Below are positions 38,971 through 47,984 of a DNA stretch of 60,875 nt, piece by piece. How positions within the stretch are numbered: position 1 is the first letter of the stretch; each line of letters begins with the position of its first letter. Source of the stretch: Shigella phage 75/02 Stx; sequence record KF766125, one strand, 5' to 3'. The notes under the pieces are model-generated. The model made no database searches, was not told the origin of the DNA, and saw only the letters and a program-made list of their open reading frames with translations. The translations under genes were made by a program, and so were the position numbers.

Positions 38971-39483
38971 ATGGGGATAACATCGGGATGGGTAGGTTCT
39001 TCGGCTAAGAGCGAAACAGGTGAGCAATGGATGGGGGCTGCTGGCACTAAACTAGGATTGGATAAACCTTTTATGATGAGTCAAATGGTGGGGCGAGCTA
39101 TGGGTTGTAAAATAGAAACCGCTTACTATAAATGGAACTCTTCGGATCAAGTTGAAAACTGGGGGGCGGTTGGAGCTGATTGGCCATTAGAAGAAAAAAG
39201 CAAAGGGACAATTACAAACGCTGAAAACTGTGGTTCTGGGAGACTGGTGGGGGCTGTCGTTACACTTTCTCACTTTTTGACGAACTCTACACCGACAGCT
39301 GCTGTTTATTTATCCGGTGGTAAAGCAGGTAACATCACCGTAAACGTAGGTGGTGCTACACAAACCATGATTTATCAGGGCGTTGTTAGTGGGTTCCAGT
39401 ATTACTGGTCAGGTTCTGTTAGTTCCGCTTTCGTGGAGGCAATGAAAAAGACGGGAGTAACCCAGGATCTAAAAATTAGTTAA
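38971..39483 (+). CDS. Hypothetical protein (tail-associated?)
   Basis: 170-aa ORF, lower GC, after the fiber gene. Confidence 0.45.
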   Translation: MGITSGWVGSSAKSETGEQWMGAAGTKLGLDKPFMMSQMVGRAMGCKIETAYYKWNSSDQVENWGAVGADWPLEEKSKGTITNAENCGSGRLVGAVVTLSHFLTNSTPTAAVYLSGGKAGNITVNVGGATQTMIYQGVVSGFQYYWSGSVSSAFVEAMKKTGVTQDLKIS

Positions 39484-39650
39484 ATGGTAAATGAATAATT
39501 TTAAAAACTTCACGTTCTACATACCGGAGACGCCGGATATATAGGATATTGTTTTAAGTTGCCAGAGAAATTTTTCCGGACGGATGCTGATAATAATGAT
39601 GTAATTTTTCAAGATTTCTGGAAATCTGTATTCTGCACAGGCGCAATTGT

Positions 39651-41342
39651 ATGCCGCCTTTAAAACTTCAATTCAGTGACTCACCTGCCATTCAAATTTT
39701 CGGATACCAGACAACCATGCCTTATATCGATATAACAACTATGCGCGGGATGATGCCAGGCGTTATTGCATCTATGCTGCCAGATCATTCTGCTGTACTG
39801 GCAGAAAACTGTCATTTTCGCTATGGAGTGATCACGCCTGAACACCAGATGTCAGAGGCTGAGAAAACATTCGCGATTAAGCCGAAAACCATTTTTCATT
39901 ACCGTGACGATTTCTGGTTTGCATGGACGGATGTGGTGGATGTGATCCGCAGTCCGATCGCTCAGGACCCCCACGGGCGTATTTACTACACTGACGGGCG
40001 TTTTCCTAAAGTGACGGATGCAACCATTGCCACAAAAGGGGACGGGAATCATCCGGCATCATCGTATCGTCTGGGGATCCCCGCGCCGACGACAGCACCT
40101 GTCTGTACTGTTCAGCAGGGCGGTGATGTTTCTGACGATAACCCGAATGATGACGAAACCCGGTTTTATACGGAAACCTTTGTCTCAGATTATGGTGAAG
40201 AAGGTCCGCCAGGTCCGGCGTCTCTGGAGGTAACACTCCGTACTCCGGGGACTGCGGTACAGCTGACGCTGTCTCCGGTGCCATTGCAGAATGCCAGTAT
40301 TAAACGCCGCCGGATTTATCGCTCTGCATCAGGTGGAGGGGAGGCGGATTTTTTACTTGTGGCTGAACTGGATGCATCCGTGCTCAGTTACACGGACAAA
40401 ATACCGGGGAAAAACCTTGGACCTTCTCTGGCGACATGGGATTACCTGCCGCCGCCAGAGAATATGACAGGCCTTTGCCTGATGGCTAATGGTATTGCCG
40501 CCGGGTTTGCCGGTAATGAAGTGATGTTTTCGGAAGCGTATCTGCCGTATGCATGGCCGGAAGTGAATCGTCACACGACGGCAGAAGATATTGTGGCTAT
40601 CCGTCCGCTGGGAACGTCACTGGTGGTGGCGACAAAGGGGGAGCCTTATCTGTTCAGTGGGGTATCACCGTCCACAATTTCTGGCTCCAGAATTCCTTCC
40701 ATGCAGGCATGCCTGAGCCGAAGAAGTATGGTGGCGATGGAGGGATTCGTACTCTATGCCGGGACAAACGGTCTGGTATCTGTTGATGTAAACGGTAATA
40801 CAGCACTGGCAACGGAAAAGATTATTTCACCTGAACAGTGGCAGAGTCAGTTTAACCCGGCGTCCATTGTGGCTTATTCCTGGCGTGGTGAGTACATTGC
40901 CTGTTACACGAAACCGGATGGTAAGCAGGATGTGTTTGTATTCAGTCCGGTGAACATGGATATCCGTTATCTCAGTACACCGTTTGACTGCGCATGGGTT
41001 GATCTCGCGAAAGATATGATGCGCGTGGTGACAGGAGACAAAATGTCAGTGCTTGCCGGGGGCTCTCTGCCCTCCACGATAAGGTGGCATTCAAAAATTT
41101 TTTCATTACCTGAAAGAACCTCTTTTTCCTGTATCAGGGTGAAATCTCCGGCGCCTGAGCGGGTGGGGATCACCATTATGGCTGATGATGTTCCTGTGAT
41201 TCATTTTGCGCCGGGTACGTTTAAGGGAAGTGTGGTGAGACTTCCGGCAGCAACCGGGCAAAACTGGCAGGTGATGGTATCCGGATTCGGGCAGGTGGAA
41301 CGAATAACCCTGAGTACATCGATGTCGGAGATGCCGGTATGA
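39651..41342 (+). CDS. Putative tail protein
   Basis: 563-aa ORF coupled to the downstream J-like gene. Confidence 0.65.
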   Translation: MPPLKLQFSDSPAIQIFGYQTTMPYIDITTMRGMMPGVIASMLPDHSAVLAENCHFRYGVITPEHQMSEAEKTFAIKPKTIFHYRDDFWFAWTDVVDVIRSPIAQDPHGRIYYTDGRFPKVTDATIATKGDGNHPASSYRLGIPAPTTAPVCTVQQGGDVSDDNPNDDETRFYTETFVSDYGEEGPPGPASLEVTLRTPGTAVQLTLSPVPLQNASIKRRRIYRSASGGGEADFLLVAELDASVLSYTDKIPGKNLGPSLATWDYLPPPENMTGLCLMANGIAAGFAGNEVMFSEAYLPYAWPEVNRHTTAEDIVAIRPLGTSLVVATKGEPYLFSGVSPSTISGSRIPSMQACLSRRSMVAMEGFVLYAGTNGLVSVDVNGNTALATEKIISPEQWQSQFNPASIVAYSWRGEYIACYTKPDGKQDVFVFSPVNMDIRYLSTPFDCAWVDLAKDMMRVVTGDKMSVLAGGSLPSTIRWHSKIFSLPERTSFSCIRVKSPAPERVGITIMADDVPVIHFAPGTFKGSVVRLPAATGQNWQVMVSGFGQVERITLSTSMSEMPV

Positions 41343-42607
41343 CCAGAAAACCGTGGCGTGCGGGGAAGGATTTATCCACAGTTGTGGAGAACATGGAAAT
41401 TGGCACCGGGCAGCGTGGTGACGGACGCCACGCATTTGTGACCCGTGAGGAACTGGTTGGTCTTAAACTCGCCCGGCGTCGAACATCGGGTGGTGCCTCA
41501 TATGCACTGAATCCGGGTATTGAGATTGACAGTACTTTAATGACTGTTGATTTTCCCACAAAACCGCTGAATTTTAAGGCGACAGGAGGATTTGGCTCGG
41601 TTCTTCTTGAATGGGATATGCCTAATTATCGCGGACATTCACTGACTGAAATCTGGCGGGGTACGGAGGATGACCTTGCTGATGCAGTGCTGGTTGCCAC
41701 GACGCCGGGGCAGGTTTACGGCGATCCGGTTGACCCTGGCTGGTCGGGATTTTACTGGATACGTTTTGTTAACGCGGCAGGAGTGAAAGGTCCATGGAAT
41801 GCTGAAAAAGGCACTCAGGCACAAACACAGATCGGCGTGAAGGCCATCATTGACCAGATCCGCGATGAGGCTGCAAAGTCGCCGGTTGTGTCCGAGCTGC
41901 GTAAAGAAATAAAAAACGCGCAGGGGCAGGCTGTAAAGGATGCTGCAATTAAGACAACCGAAGTTGTGGGGACTCTCAGGGAAGAAACGACAAGAACGAT
42001 TGGTGGTATTGAAACCCGCATTAGCACACTGGATTCGTCAACCAGTGAATCGCTTAATGAGGTCGACAAGCGCATCACTAAACTGGATAAAGAAGGCGGT
42101 GAGGCGTTTCTGGCAATGTGGTCAAAAAAAGCGGGAGTTGATGGTATCACTGCGGGGATCGGGATTGTCGCCGGAAAAGACAGTGAAGGCAGGCCTGTAA
42201 GTCAGGTTGCAATTTCTGCGTCGCAGTTGTTTGTCTTTGACCCGAACAACCCGGATAACACCGCCTATCCGTTTGCGGTATCAGGTGGCAAGGTTGTGAT
42301 CCCGAAAGCGATGATTTATGACGCGGTGATTGAAACACTGGTGTCGCGGAAGGTTGTGGCGGATGAGGTAAAAGCCGGGGTAAGTATCACTTCGCCAGTT
42401 ATCCGGAGTGCCGTTATTCAGAACGGAAACTTTCAGGTTGATTCTCAGGGTAACCTGAATATTGGAGGCCTTTTCAGTGTTACGTCACAAGGGCAACTGA
42501 CAATTCGTTACTCTAATCAGAATGTAGGACTGGTGATCCGCAATGATAAAATTGAGGTTTATGATCAGAATGGACGACTGGCTGTTCGCATAGGCAGATT
42601 ACGCTGA
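41339..42607 (+). CDS. Putative host-specificity / tail fiber protein (lambda J C-terminal-like)
   Basis: FN3-like segment (FKATGGFGSVLLEWDMP...GFYWIRFVNAAGVKGPW) and C-terminal region reminiscent of the lambda J C-terminus. Confidence 0.6.
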   Translation: MTRKPWRAGKDLSTVVENMEIGTGQRGDGRHAFVTREELVGLKLARRRTSGGASYALNPGIEIDSTLMTVDFPTKPLNFKATGGFGSVLLEWDMPNYRGHSLTEIWRGTEDDLADAVLVATTPGQVYGDPVDPGWSGFYWIRFVNAAGVKGPWNAEKGTQAQTQIGVKAIIDQIRDEAAKSPVVSELRKEIKNAQGQAVKDAAIKTTEVVGTLREETTRTIGGIETRISTLDSSTSESLNEVDKRITKLDKEGGEAFLAMWSKKAGVDGITAGIGIVAGKDSEGRPVSQVAISASQLFVFDPNNPDNTAYPFAVSGGKVVIPKAMIYDAVIETLVSRKVVADEVKAGVSITSPVIRSAVIQNGNFQVDSQGNLNIGGLFSVTSQGQLTIRYSNQNVGLVIRNDKIEVYDQNGRLAVRIGRLR

Positions 42608-42621
42608 TCAGGAGGTGAGTA

Positions 42622-42900
42622 TTGGAATACGGTTTTGCCATTTATAACAGAAATAACGTTAATGTTACGGGCGTGCTGACTCCGGTATTTTTCCTGGACA
42701 GATTTACAGCGGAGTCTGGCTCAAAGACGTACACGAATAAACCCGACGGGAAATCATTGCAGGCTGTATGTTGTTTATTTCCCTGGAATAATGTATTTGC
42801 GGATCGGAAAGTACCGAAGATAACCATTAATGGCAATACGGTGACGTGGTCGAATCTTGAGCAGGGTATGGGATCTTATATTTATACATTCTGGGGATAA
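42622..42900 (+). CDS. Hypothetical protein
   Basis: 92-aa ORF, AT-rich. Confidence 0.4.
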   Translation: MEYGFAIYNRNNVNVTGVLTPVFFLDRFTAESGSKTYTNKPDGKSLQAVCCLFPWNNVFADRKVPKITINGNTVTWSNLEQGMGSYIYTFWG

Positions 42901-42905
42901 GTGTC

Positions 42906-43523
42906 ATGTATGGTTTGAGCATTATGAAGCCGGATGGCAGCGTATGGATAAGTCCAGGTTTTACGCCGCAGTGTCTGATCAACAAAGGCACCATACCGGC
43001 GACTGAAAAGTCTTTTTTTAAAACATCAATCCCGTCAGGCAAAAGTTGTTTTTTCTTTATCAGAACAGAGAAGAAGGCCGATGTCATGTACACGCATGAA
43101 CAGATTGATGGATATCATGCACTAAGGCTTCATGTAATTGTCAGGGGAACGAACCCTGGTGTTACGACGGTTTATGCTTTCGCGAATATGGTTACTCCAC
43201 CTTCTGAGTATGGTATCGCCATGTATAACCCGGACGGTGAGATGATTTATCATGGCGAAATGATGCTGCTTGACGCGAAGTTAATACCTGTTGATATCAA
43301 ATTTGAAAAGGACCTTGGATATCCATGCGCAATCATGCCTGCACTGGTCGGGTATTATAACTGGAAAAGAACTCCTTATGATCGACCGATTTATACCACA
43401 TCCACTGGTGCTACAGGAAATAAAATATATTCCTGTGAGCATTATTCCGGCGGTGCAACATGGGATATTCGAAAGCCGTATATAGATAAGGTCCTGGTTA
43501 TTAATACATCAGTATATGATTAG
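42906..43523 (+). CDS. Hypothetical protein
   Basis: 205-aa ORF, AT-rich. Confidence 0.5.
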   Translation: MYGLSIMKPDGSVWISPGFTPQCLINKGTIPATEKSFFKTSIPSGKSCFFFIRTEKKADVMYTHEQIDGYHALRLHVIVRGTNPGVTTVYAFANMVTPPSEYGIAMYNPDGEMIYHGEMMLLDAKLIPVDIKFEKDLGYPCAIMPALVGYYNWKRTPYDRPIYTTSTGATGNKIYSCEHYSGGATWDIRKPYIDKVLVINTSVYD

Positions 43524-43613
43524 TTGAAGCGAGTCTTTAATATTCATTTAAAATGTCTAAAAAGATGTATTATTAAAAAGTTTAGCGTGTTATCTGAATA
43601 CAGGATATCTTAA

Positions 43614-44348
43614 ATGAAGAGTATAGCAACACTGGTTGTGTGTGCAATCTCCGGGATTGCCTGTGTAAATTTATCTGCACATGCAGCAGAAGGAAACCAT
43701 ACAATTTCTCTGGGGTATGCGCACTTTCAGTTTCCGGGACTGAAGGATTTTGTAAAGGATGCGACTGCTCATAACAGGGAGACTTTCAGTCATTTCGTCA
43801 ACAGAAACTACTTTTCTTCATTGGGCGAATATACAGATGGTCGGGTCAGTGGATATGAAGGCAAGGATAAAAATCCACAGGGCATTAATATCAGGTATCG
43901 CTACGAGATAACGGATGATTTTGGCGTTATCACCTCTTTTACATGGACGCGTTCTCTCACTAACTCACAGACATTTATTGATGTGCAGTCAGCCGATCAT
44001 ACCAGGAAGATTAAGAATCCGGCAGCTTCTGCCAGAACGGATATCAGGGCGAATTACTGGAGTCTGTTAGCGGGGCCTTCATGGCGGGTTAATCAGTACA
44101 TGAGTTTATATGCGATGGCAGGGATGGGCGTTGCTAAAGTTAGCGCTGACCTGAAAATTAAGGACAATATTAACAGTAGTGGCGGATTTTCTGAAAGCAA
44201 CAGCACGAAAAAAACCTCCCTTGCGTGGGCTGCAGGTGCACAGTTTAACCTGAATGAGAGTGTTACACTGGATGTGGCTTACGAAGGTTCCGGCTCTGGC
44301 GACTGGCGCACGAGTGGCGTTACTGCTGGCATTGGCCTGAAATTCTGA
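43614..44348 (+). CDS. lom: Lom/Ail-family outer membrane beta-barrel protein
   Basis: Signal peptide; alternating beta-strand pattern; C-terminal aromatic residue (GIGLKF). Confidence 0.85.
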   Translation: MKSIATLVVCAISGIACVNLSAHAAEGNHTISLGYAHFQFPGLKDFVKDATAHNRETFSHFVNRNYFSSLGEYTDGRVSGYEGKDKNPQGINIRYRYEITDDFGVITSFTWTRSLTNSQTFIDVQSADHTRKIKNPAASARTDIRANYWSLLAGPSWRVNQYMSLYAMAGMGVAKVSADLKIKDNINSSGGFSESNSTKKTSLAWAAGAQFNLNESVTLDVAYEGSGSGDWRTSGVTAGIGLKF

Positions 44349-44371
44349 CCTGTATCCGGTAACCGTTTACT

Positions 44372-44396
44372 ACCCGCTGTGATGGCGGGTTTTTTA
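44372..44396 (+). terminator. Intrinsic terminator after lom
   Basis: acccgc/gcgggt stem, 7-nt loop, T6. Confidence 0.7.
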
Positions 44397-44439
44397 TTGC
44401 CCGTACAGGGCAAAAACCGTAAATTATGCGTGGGTGCCT

Positions 44440-44580
44440 TTCGGCTGATGGCTGGAGGGAGAACCTGAAGGCCTGATGTGGAAAGGCCCCGAGTCAACCT
44501 AACGTTAACCCGAGGCCCTAACACTTCGTACCTTAAGCAAGTAGAAGGTTAGCGCCTCTCTGTAAAAGGAGTCAAGCGCT
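44440..44580. promoter_or_regulatory. hok mRNA leader; expected location of mok frame and Sok antisense RNA
   Basis: Structured GC-rich leader upstream of the hok-like ORF; specific elements not mapped. Confidence 0.3.
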
Positions 44581-44721
44581 ATGTCGCAAAAATCGCTTAT
44601 CACCGTCACAATTTGCATGACGGTTATCTTCACCATCTGGATGTTGCACGGTTCACTGTGTGAGTTCCGGCTGAATTTGTGGGGAGCGGAGTTTGCGGCG
44701 TTCTTACAGTGTAAGCAGTAG
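44581..44721 (+). CDS. Hok/Gef-family type I toxin (46 aa), not in the ORF track
   Basis: MSQKSLITVTICMTVIFTIWMLHGSLCEFRLNLWGAEFAAFLQCKQ: TM helix then SLCE motif and ELAAFLACK-like tail, as in HokA. Confidence 0.8.
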   Translation: MSQKSLITVTICMTVIFTIWMLHGSLCEFRLNLWGAEFAAFLQCKQ

Positions 44722-44730
44722 GAAAACCGC

Positions 44731-44752
44731 GACGGGGACGAAAGTCCCCGTC
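44731..44752 (+). other. Perfect 9-bp stem hairpin at the 3' end of the hok locus
   Basis: gacggggac-gaaa-gtccccgtc. Confidence 0.6.
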
Positions 44753-44801
44753 AACTGGTTGCTGAGGTTCAGCCGATATGGCACCCGTTTCAGGTGAGAG
44801 A

Positions 44802-45179
44802 ATGAACGATAAAATTCTCCGGTATATGCAGCGTGTTGTGAGAAATTCCCGCAACCCTGAATTTATGAATGAAGTTAAAGACGCCTGCCTTAAAAAGCAG
44901 GCGTTTTGTTTTGAGGCACCTGATGGCTTTCTGGTGCTGCGTTCTGTGCTCAGTGCTGATGGTATCCCTTATGTTCTGGTGTTGCTGGGCGTGTGTACGG
45001 GGAGTAACAGCGTTGAGCGTTATCTGCCGGAGGTGAAGACATTAACCCGTCTGGCTGGCGGACGTTGGGCTGAATTTCATACGGCAAGGCGGGGATTTAT
45101 CCGGCTGGGAAAAAGTCTGGGCTTTGAGCGAATGCCGGATGATGAGGATGGCTTCATGGTGTTCAGGATAGCGGTCTGA
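44802..45179 (+). CDS. Hypothetical protein
   Basis: Internal Met with GGTGAGAG SD; 125 aa. Confidence 0.5.
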   Translation: MNDKILRYMQRVVRNSRNPEFMNEVKDACLKKQAFCFEAPDGFLVLRSVLSADGIPYVLVLLGVCTGSNSVERYLPEVKTLTRLAGGRWAEFHTARRGFIRLGKSLGFERMPDDEDGFMVFRIAV

Positions 45180-45272
45180 CTGCCACAGTATTCATTATCG
45201 TGTGTAAACCAATTGCAATTCACATTCTGACCCTGCCCCGGCAGGGTTTTTTGTTATCCAGGGGGGGCCATT

Positions 45273-45929
45273 ATGGGTGGAAGTAAAGGCGGTGGTGATA
45301 CCAAAGTAAAACCAACAGCAGCGCAAATAGCACAGGAAGAAGTGGCCTGGAAAGGGTGGCAGGATTACAAAAATATCCTCCGCCCGGCTGAAGATAACTT
45401 CATGGAAAAGGTCGATGACCTGAACAGTGAGCAGCAGTACGACAATATTGCTGGCACCACAAATCTGGGGTATCAGAAACAGTTTGGCGAAGCACGGAAG
45501 AAGCTGGCGGGTAATCTTGCTCAGTCCGGTGTTGACCCGTCCAGTGGTCGCTTTAACGCGGTAATGAATGCGAACCAGAGTGATCAGGTAACCGGGCAGA
45601 TTGACACAACCACACGGGGGCAGGTATCGCAGGCAGATAAGTATGTTGCCGGGCTACAGGATGTTGCAGCTCTCGGTTCAGGTCAGAAGGCGGATGCGTT
45701 ACAGAGTTTTAACTCGCTGGCAGACAGCAGTCTGGCAAAAGCTAAATCGGACGCACAGGCTGCGTTTACGAAACAGCAGGGGCGAGCCTCTCTTGTTGGC
45801 GCTGGTTTGGGTGCGGTAGGTGCATATGCGATGCATAAGGCTGGTGGTAGCGGAGGAAGTGGCGGTGCTAAAACACCGGGCACCGGCGCTAATGCCATTC
45901 AGCATCAGGCTCAGAACTGGAGACTGTGA
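45273..45929 (+). CDS. Hypothetical virion protein
   Basis: 218 aa, Gly-rich ends. Confidence 0.6.
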   Translation: MGGSKGGGDTKVKPTAAQIAQEEVAWKGWQDYKNILRPAEDNFMEKVDDLNSEQQYDNIAGTTNLGYQKQFGEARKKLAGNLAQSGVDPSSGRFNAVMNANQSDQVTGQIDTTTRGQVSQADKYVAGLQDVAALGSGQKADALQSFNSLADSSLAKAKSDAQAAFTKQQGRASLVGAGLGAVGAYAMHKAGGSGGSGGAKTPGTGANAIQHQAQNWRL

Positions 45930-46378
45930 TTATGGAGTACGGTAAATACGAAACACTTGCGAGATACGGTTATACCGGAGCTGCCCGTCCACAGGGTGAC
46001 TGGCAGACGTCAGCAGCGCTGACACGCCAACAATACGACGACTGGCGAACCAGATATTTGCCCCGCGTGGCAAGGCTGGCTGACCTTGGCGAGAACAACA
46101 GCCTGATGAATGCACAGCTTGCCCGGGTGGGCGGCCTTGCCACTTCCAGTCTCCGTACAGCGCAGATGGCGCAGGATAACCAGATGGCGAGATACGGGGT
46201 AAGCCGCCCGGATAATCCCGACAGTAATACGCTGGGGTTACGTAATGCCCTGGCAATTGCTGGCGCGAAAAATGGTATCCGTGAAGCCGAACAGGATCGC
46301 CAGATGAACATACTGACGGGGGCTTCTGCACCGGCAAGACAGAAACTGAGTGTTGGCGGACAACTGGTGGCAGCGTAA
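45926..46378 (+). CDS. Hypothetical virion protein
   Basis: 150-aa ORF coupled to neighbours. Confidence 0.6.
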   Translation: MIMEYGKYETLARYGYTGAARPQGDWQTSAALTRQQYDDWRTRYLPRVARLADLGENNSLMNAQLARVGGLATSSLRTAQMAQDNQMARYGVSRPDNPDSNTLGLRNALAIAGAKNGIREAEQDRQMNILTGASAPARQKLSVGGQLVAA

Positions 46379-46387
46379 GGAGGAAAT

Positions 46388-46639
46388 ATGGGGTACGGCT
46401 TACTGGATATTGCGAATCAGTCACGGCGTGAGGCATTACAGGGAATAAGTGACGCAGACCGACGACGTGAAGAAATTGAGGCTGCGAACAAACAGATGGC
46501 GGCGCAACAGAAAGCGCAGAACAAGCAGAATATCGGTACGGGCATTGGTACGGGGGCGGCTATTGGCGCATCCGTTGGTGGTCCTGTTGGTGCTGTTGCT
46601 GGAGCAGTAATTGGCGGCATTGCTGGTTCTTTGTTTTAA
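46388..46639 (+). CDS. Small protein with Gly/Ala-rich C-terminal TM-like segment
   Basis: GTGIGTGAAIGASVGGPVGAVAGAVIGGIAGSLF. Confidence 0.55.
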   Translation: MGYGLLDIANQSRREALQGISDADRRREEIEAANKQMAAQQKAQNKQNIGTGIGTGAAIGASVGGPVGAVAGAVIGGIAGSLF

Positions 46640-46649
46640 GGAGTGGTGA

Positions 46650-47915
46650 ATGAGCGGATTTGCACAGGGGTTACTTGCCGGATTCAGCACGGTTGACCAG
46701 GCAATGACCCGTCGTAAGGAGCTTGGTCTGCGTGAAGCACAGCTTGCCCGGCAACAGAAAAATAACGAGCGCGATTTTGAGTTTGCGCAGTCTCAGTTTG
46801 AACATAATAAAAACGTTGATCAGCGGAACTTTGATTACAGAGCCAAAGTTGACGACCGTAATTATGCACTGAAGGAAAGGGAGTTTAACGCTAACCAGAA
46901 TTACCGGAATGCGTCGCTGGGTATGGAGCAGCAGCGACTCCGGATGCAGAAATACAACCAGCGACGGCTTGAGTATAACGATATGCTGGCGCGCGATCAG
47001 CCTGTGATGGCGGCGCTTGGAAAGGCTGTGGATGCTGGCGATCGGGATGCAGCAATGCGTCTTTACGGCCAGTTGTCAGAGGGTAATCCGCTGAGGCTGA
47101 TGGCGAATGATGGCTATGTAGCGAAAGCGGGTCAGGCCGTGAACAACCTGCAAAAAATCTTTGATGACAAGCCAGACAGGGCTATCGCTTCACTTAATAC
47201 GCCGGAGAATCTTGATGTCCTTTCCGGGGTGTTTGGCCCGGAACTGCAACAGCGTATTGGCATGCCCGATTCAACCGGGAAAAAGACGATAAAAGAGGCC
47301 AGGATTGGCAGTATAGTACCGGCACAGCAGGAAGGGTACATACTTATCGGCCTTGATCTCACATACAGTGATGGCTCTACAGCACATAAACCTGTAACAG
47401 AATACGGCAGTGCGCACCCTGATGATCAAACCGTGCTGGCGATACCCGTTGATAAGGCTATCGCTCAGGTCAGGGATCGCAGCAAATTTGCAGAGATATC
47501 GAAAAATTATGGTTATTTTATGCCGAAGCAGCAGGGACTTTCTCTGAAAGAGCTTCAGAAGGGGGCCAGCAACGTCGCGGCGGACGCGATCAAGAATGGC
47601 GGTAATGCACAGGCTGCGGTGGATGAATATTATGCTGCGACTGGTTCACAACCGCATCAACAGAAAATTCAGCAACAAAAACTTCAGCAACAGGTTATCA
47701 ACTGGGCGGGAGATGATCCTGATAAGCTGTCATTTGCCAGAAATGTAGCGGCCCGTCAGCCTGAAATGCTGGAGCCTCAGAATCAGAAATTGCTGGAGAA
47801 CGGGTATGCGAATTTTCTCCGTATTCAAAAGGCCAGGGGGGAACAGGCCAGAGATGAAAGTGCTTCATCTGCATCTCAGTTTATCCGTGGACTGAAACAG
47901 AATTACGCCCAGTAA
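46650..47915 (+). CDS. Hypothetical virion protein
   Basis: 421 aa, Q-rich, upstream of the giant gene. Confidence 0.65.
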   Translation: MSGFAQGLLAGFSTVDQAMTRRKELGLREAQLARQQKNNERDFEFAQSQFEHNKNVDQRNFDYRAKVDDRNYALKEREFNANQNYRNASLGMEQQRLRMQKYNQRRLEYNDMLARDQPVMAALGKAVDAGDRDAAMRLYGQLSEGNPLRLMANDGYVAKAGQAVNNLQKIFDDKPDRAIASLNTPENLDVLSGVFGPELQQRIGMPDSTGKKTIKEARIGSIVPAQQEGYILIGLDLTYSDGSTAHKPVTEYGSAHPDDQTVLAIPVDKAIAQVRDRSKFAEISKNYGYFMPKQQGLSLKELQKGASNVAADAIKNGGNAQAAVDEYYAATGSQPHQQKIQQQKLQQQVINWAGDDPDKLSFARNVAARQPEMLEPQNQKLLENGYANFLRIQKARGEQARDESASSASQFIRGLKQNYAQ

Positions 47916-47948
47916 TTCACGATATTCCATTAATACCATTTCCTGATG

Positions 47949-47973
47949 CCCGGCCATTGTGCCGGGTTTTTTT
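47949..47973 (+). terminator. Intrinsic terminator immediately upstream of the giant gene
   Basis: cccggc/gccggg stem, loop cattgt, T7; the GGAG SD and ATG 47985 follow directly. Confidence 0.7.
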
Positions 47974-47984
47974 ATGGAGTCTGT

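Noticed and set aside
45930-46436. 168-aa minus-strand ORF antisense to late virion genes
   Set aside because: Lies entirely within well-supported plus-strand genes, Pro/Arg/Ser-rich, no RBS; typical GC-rich antisense artefact
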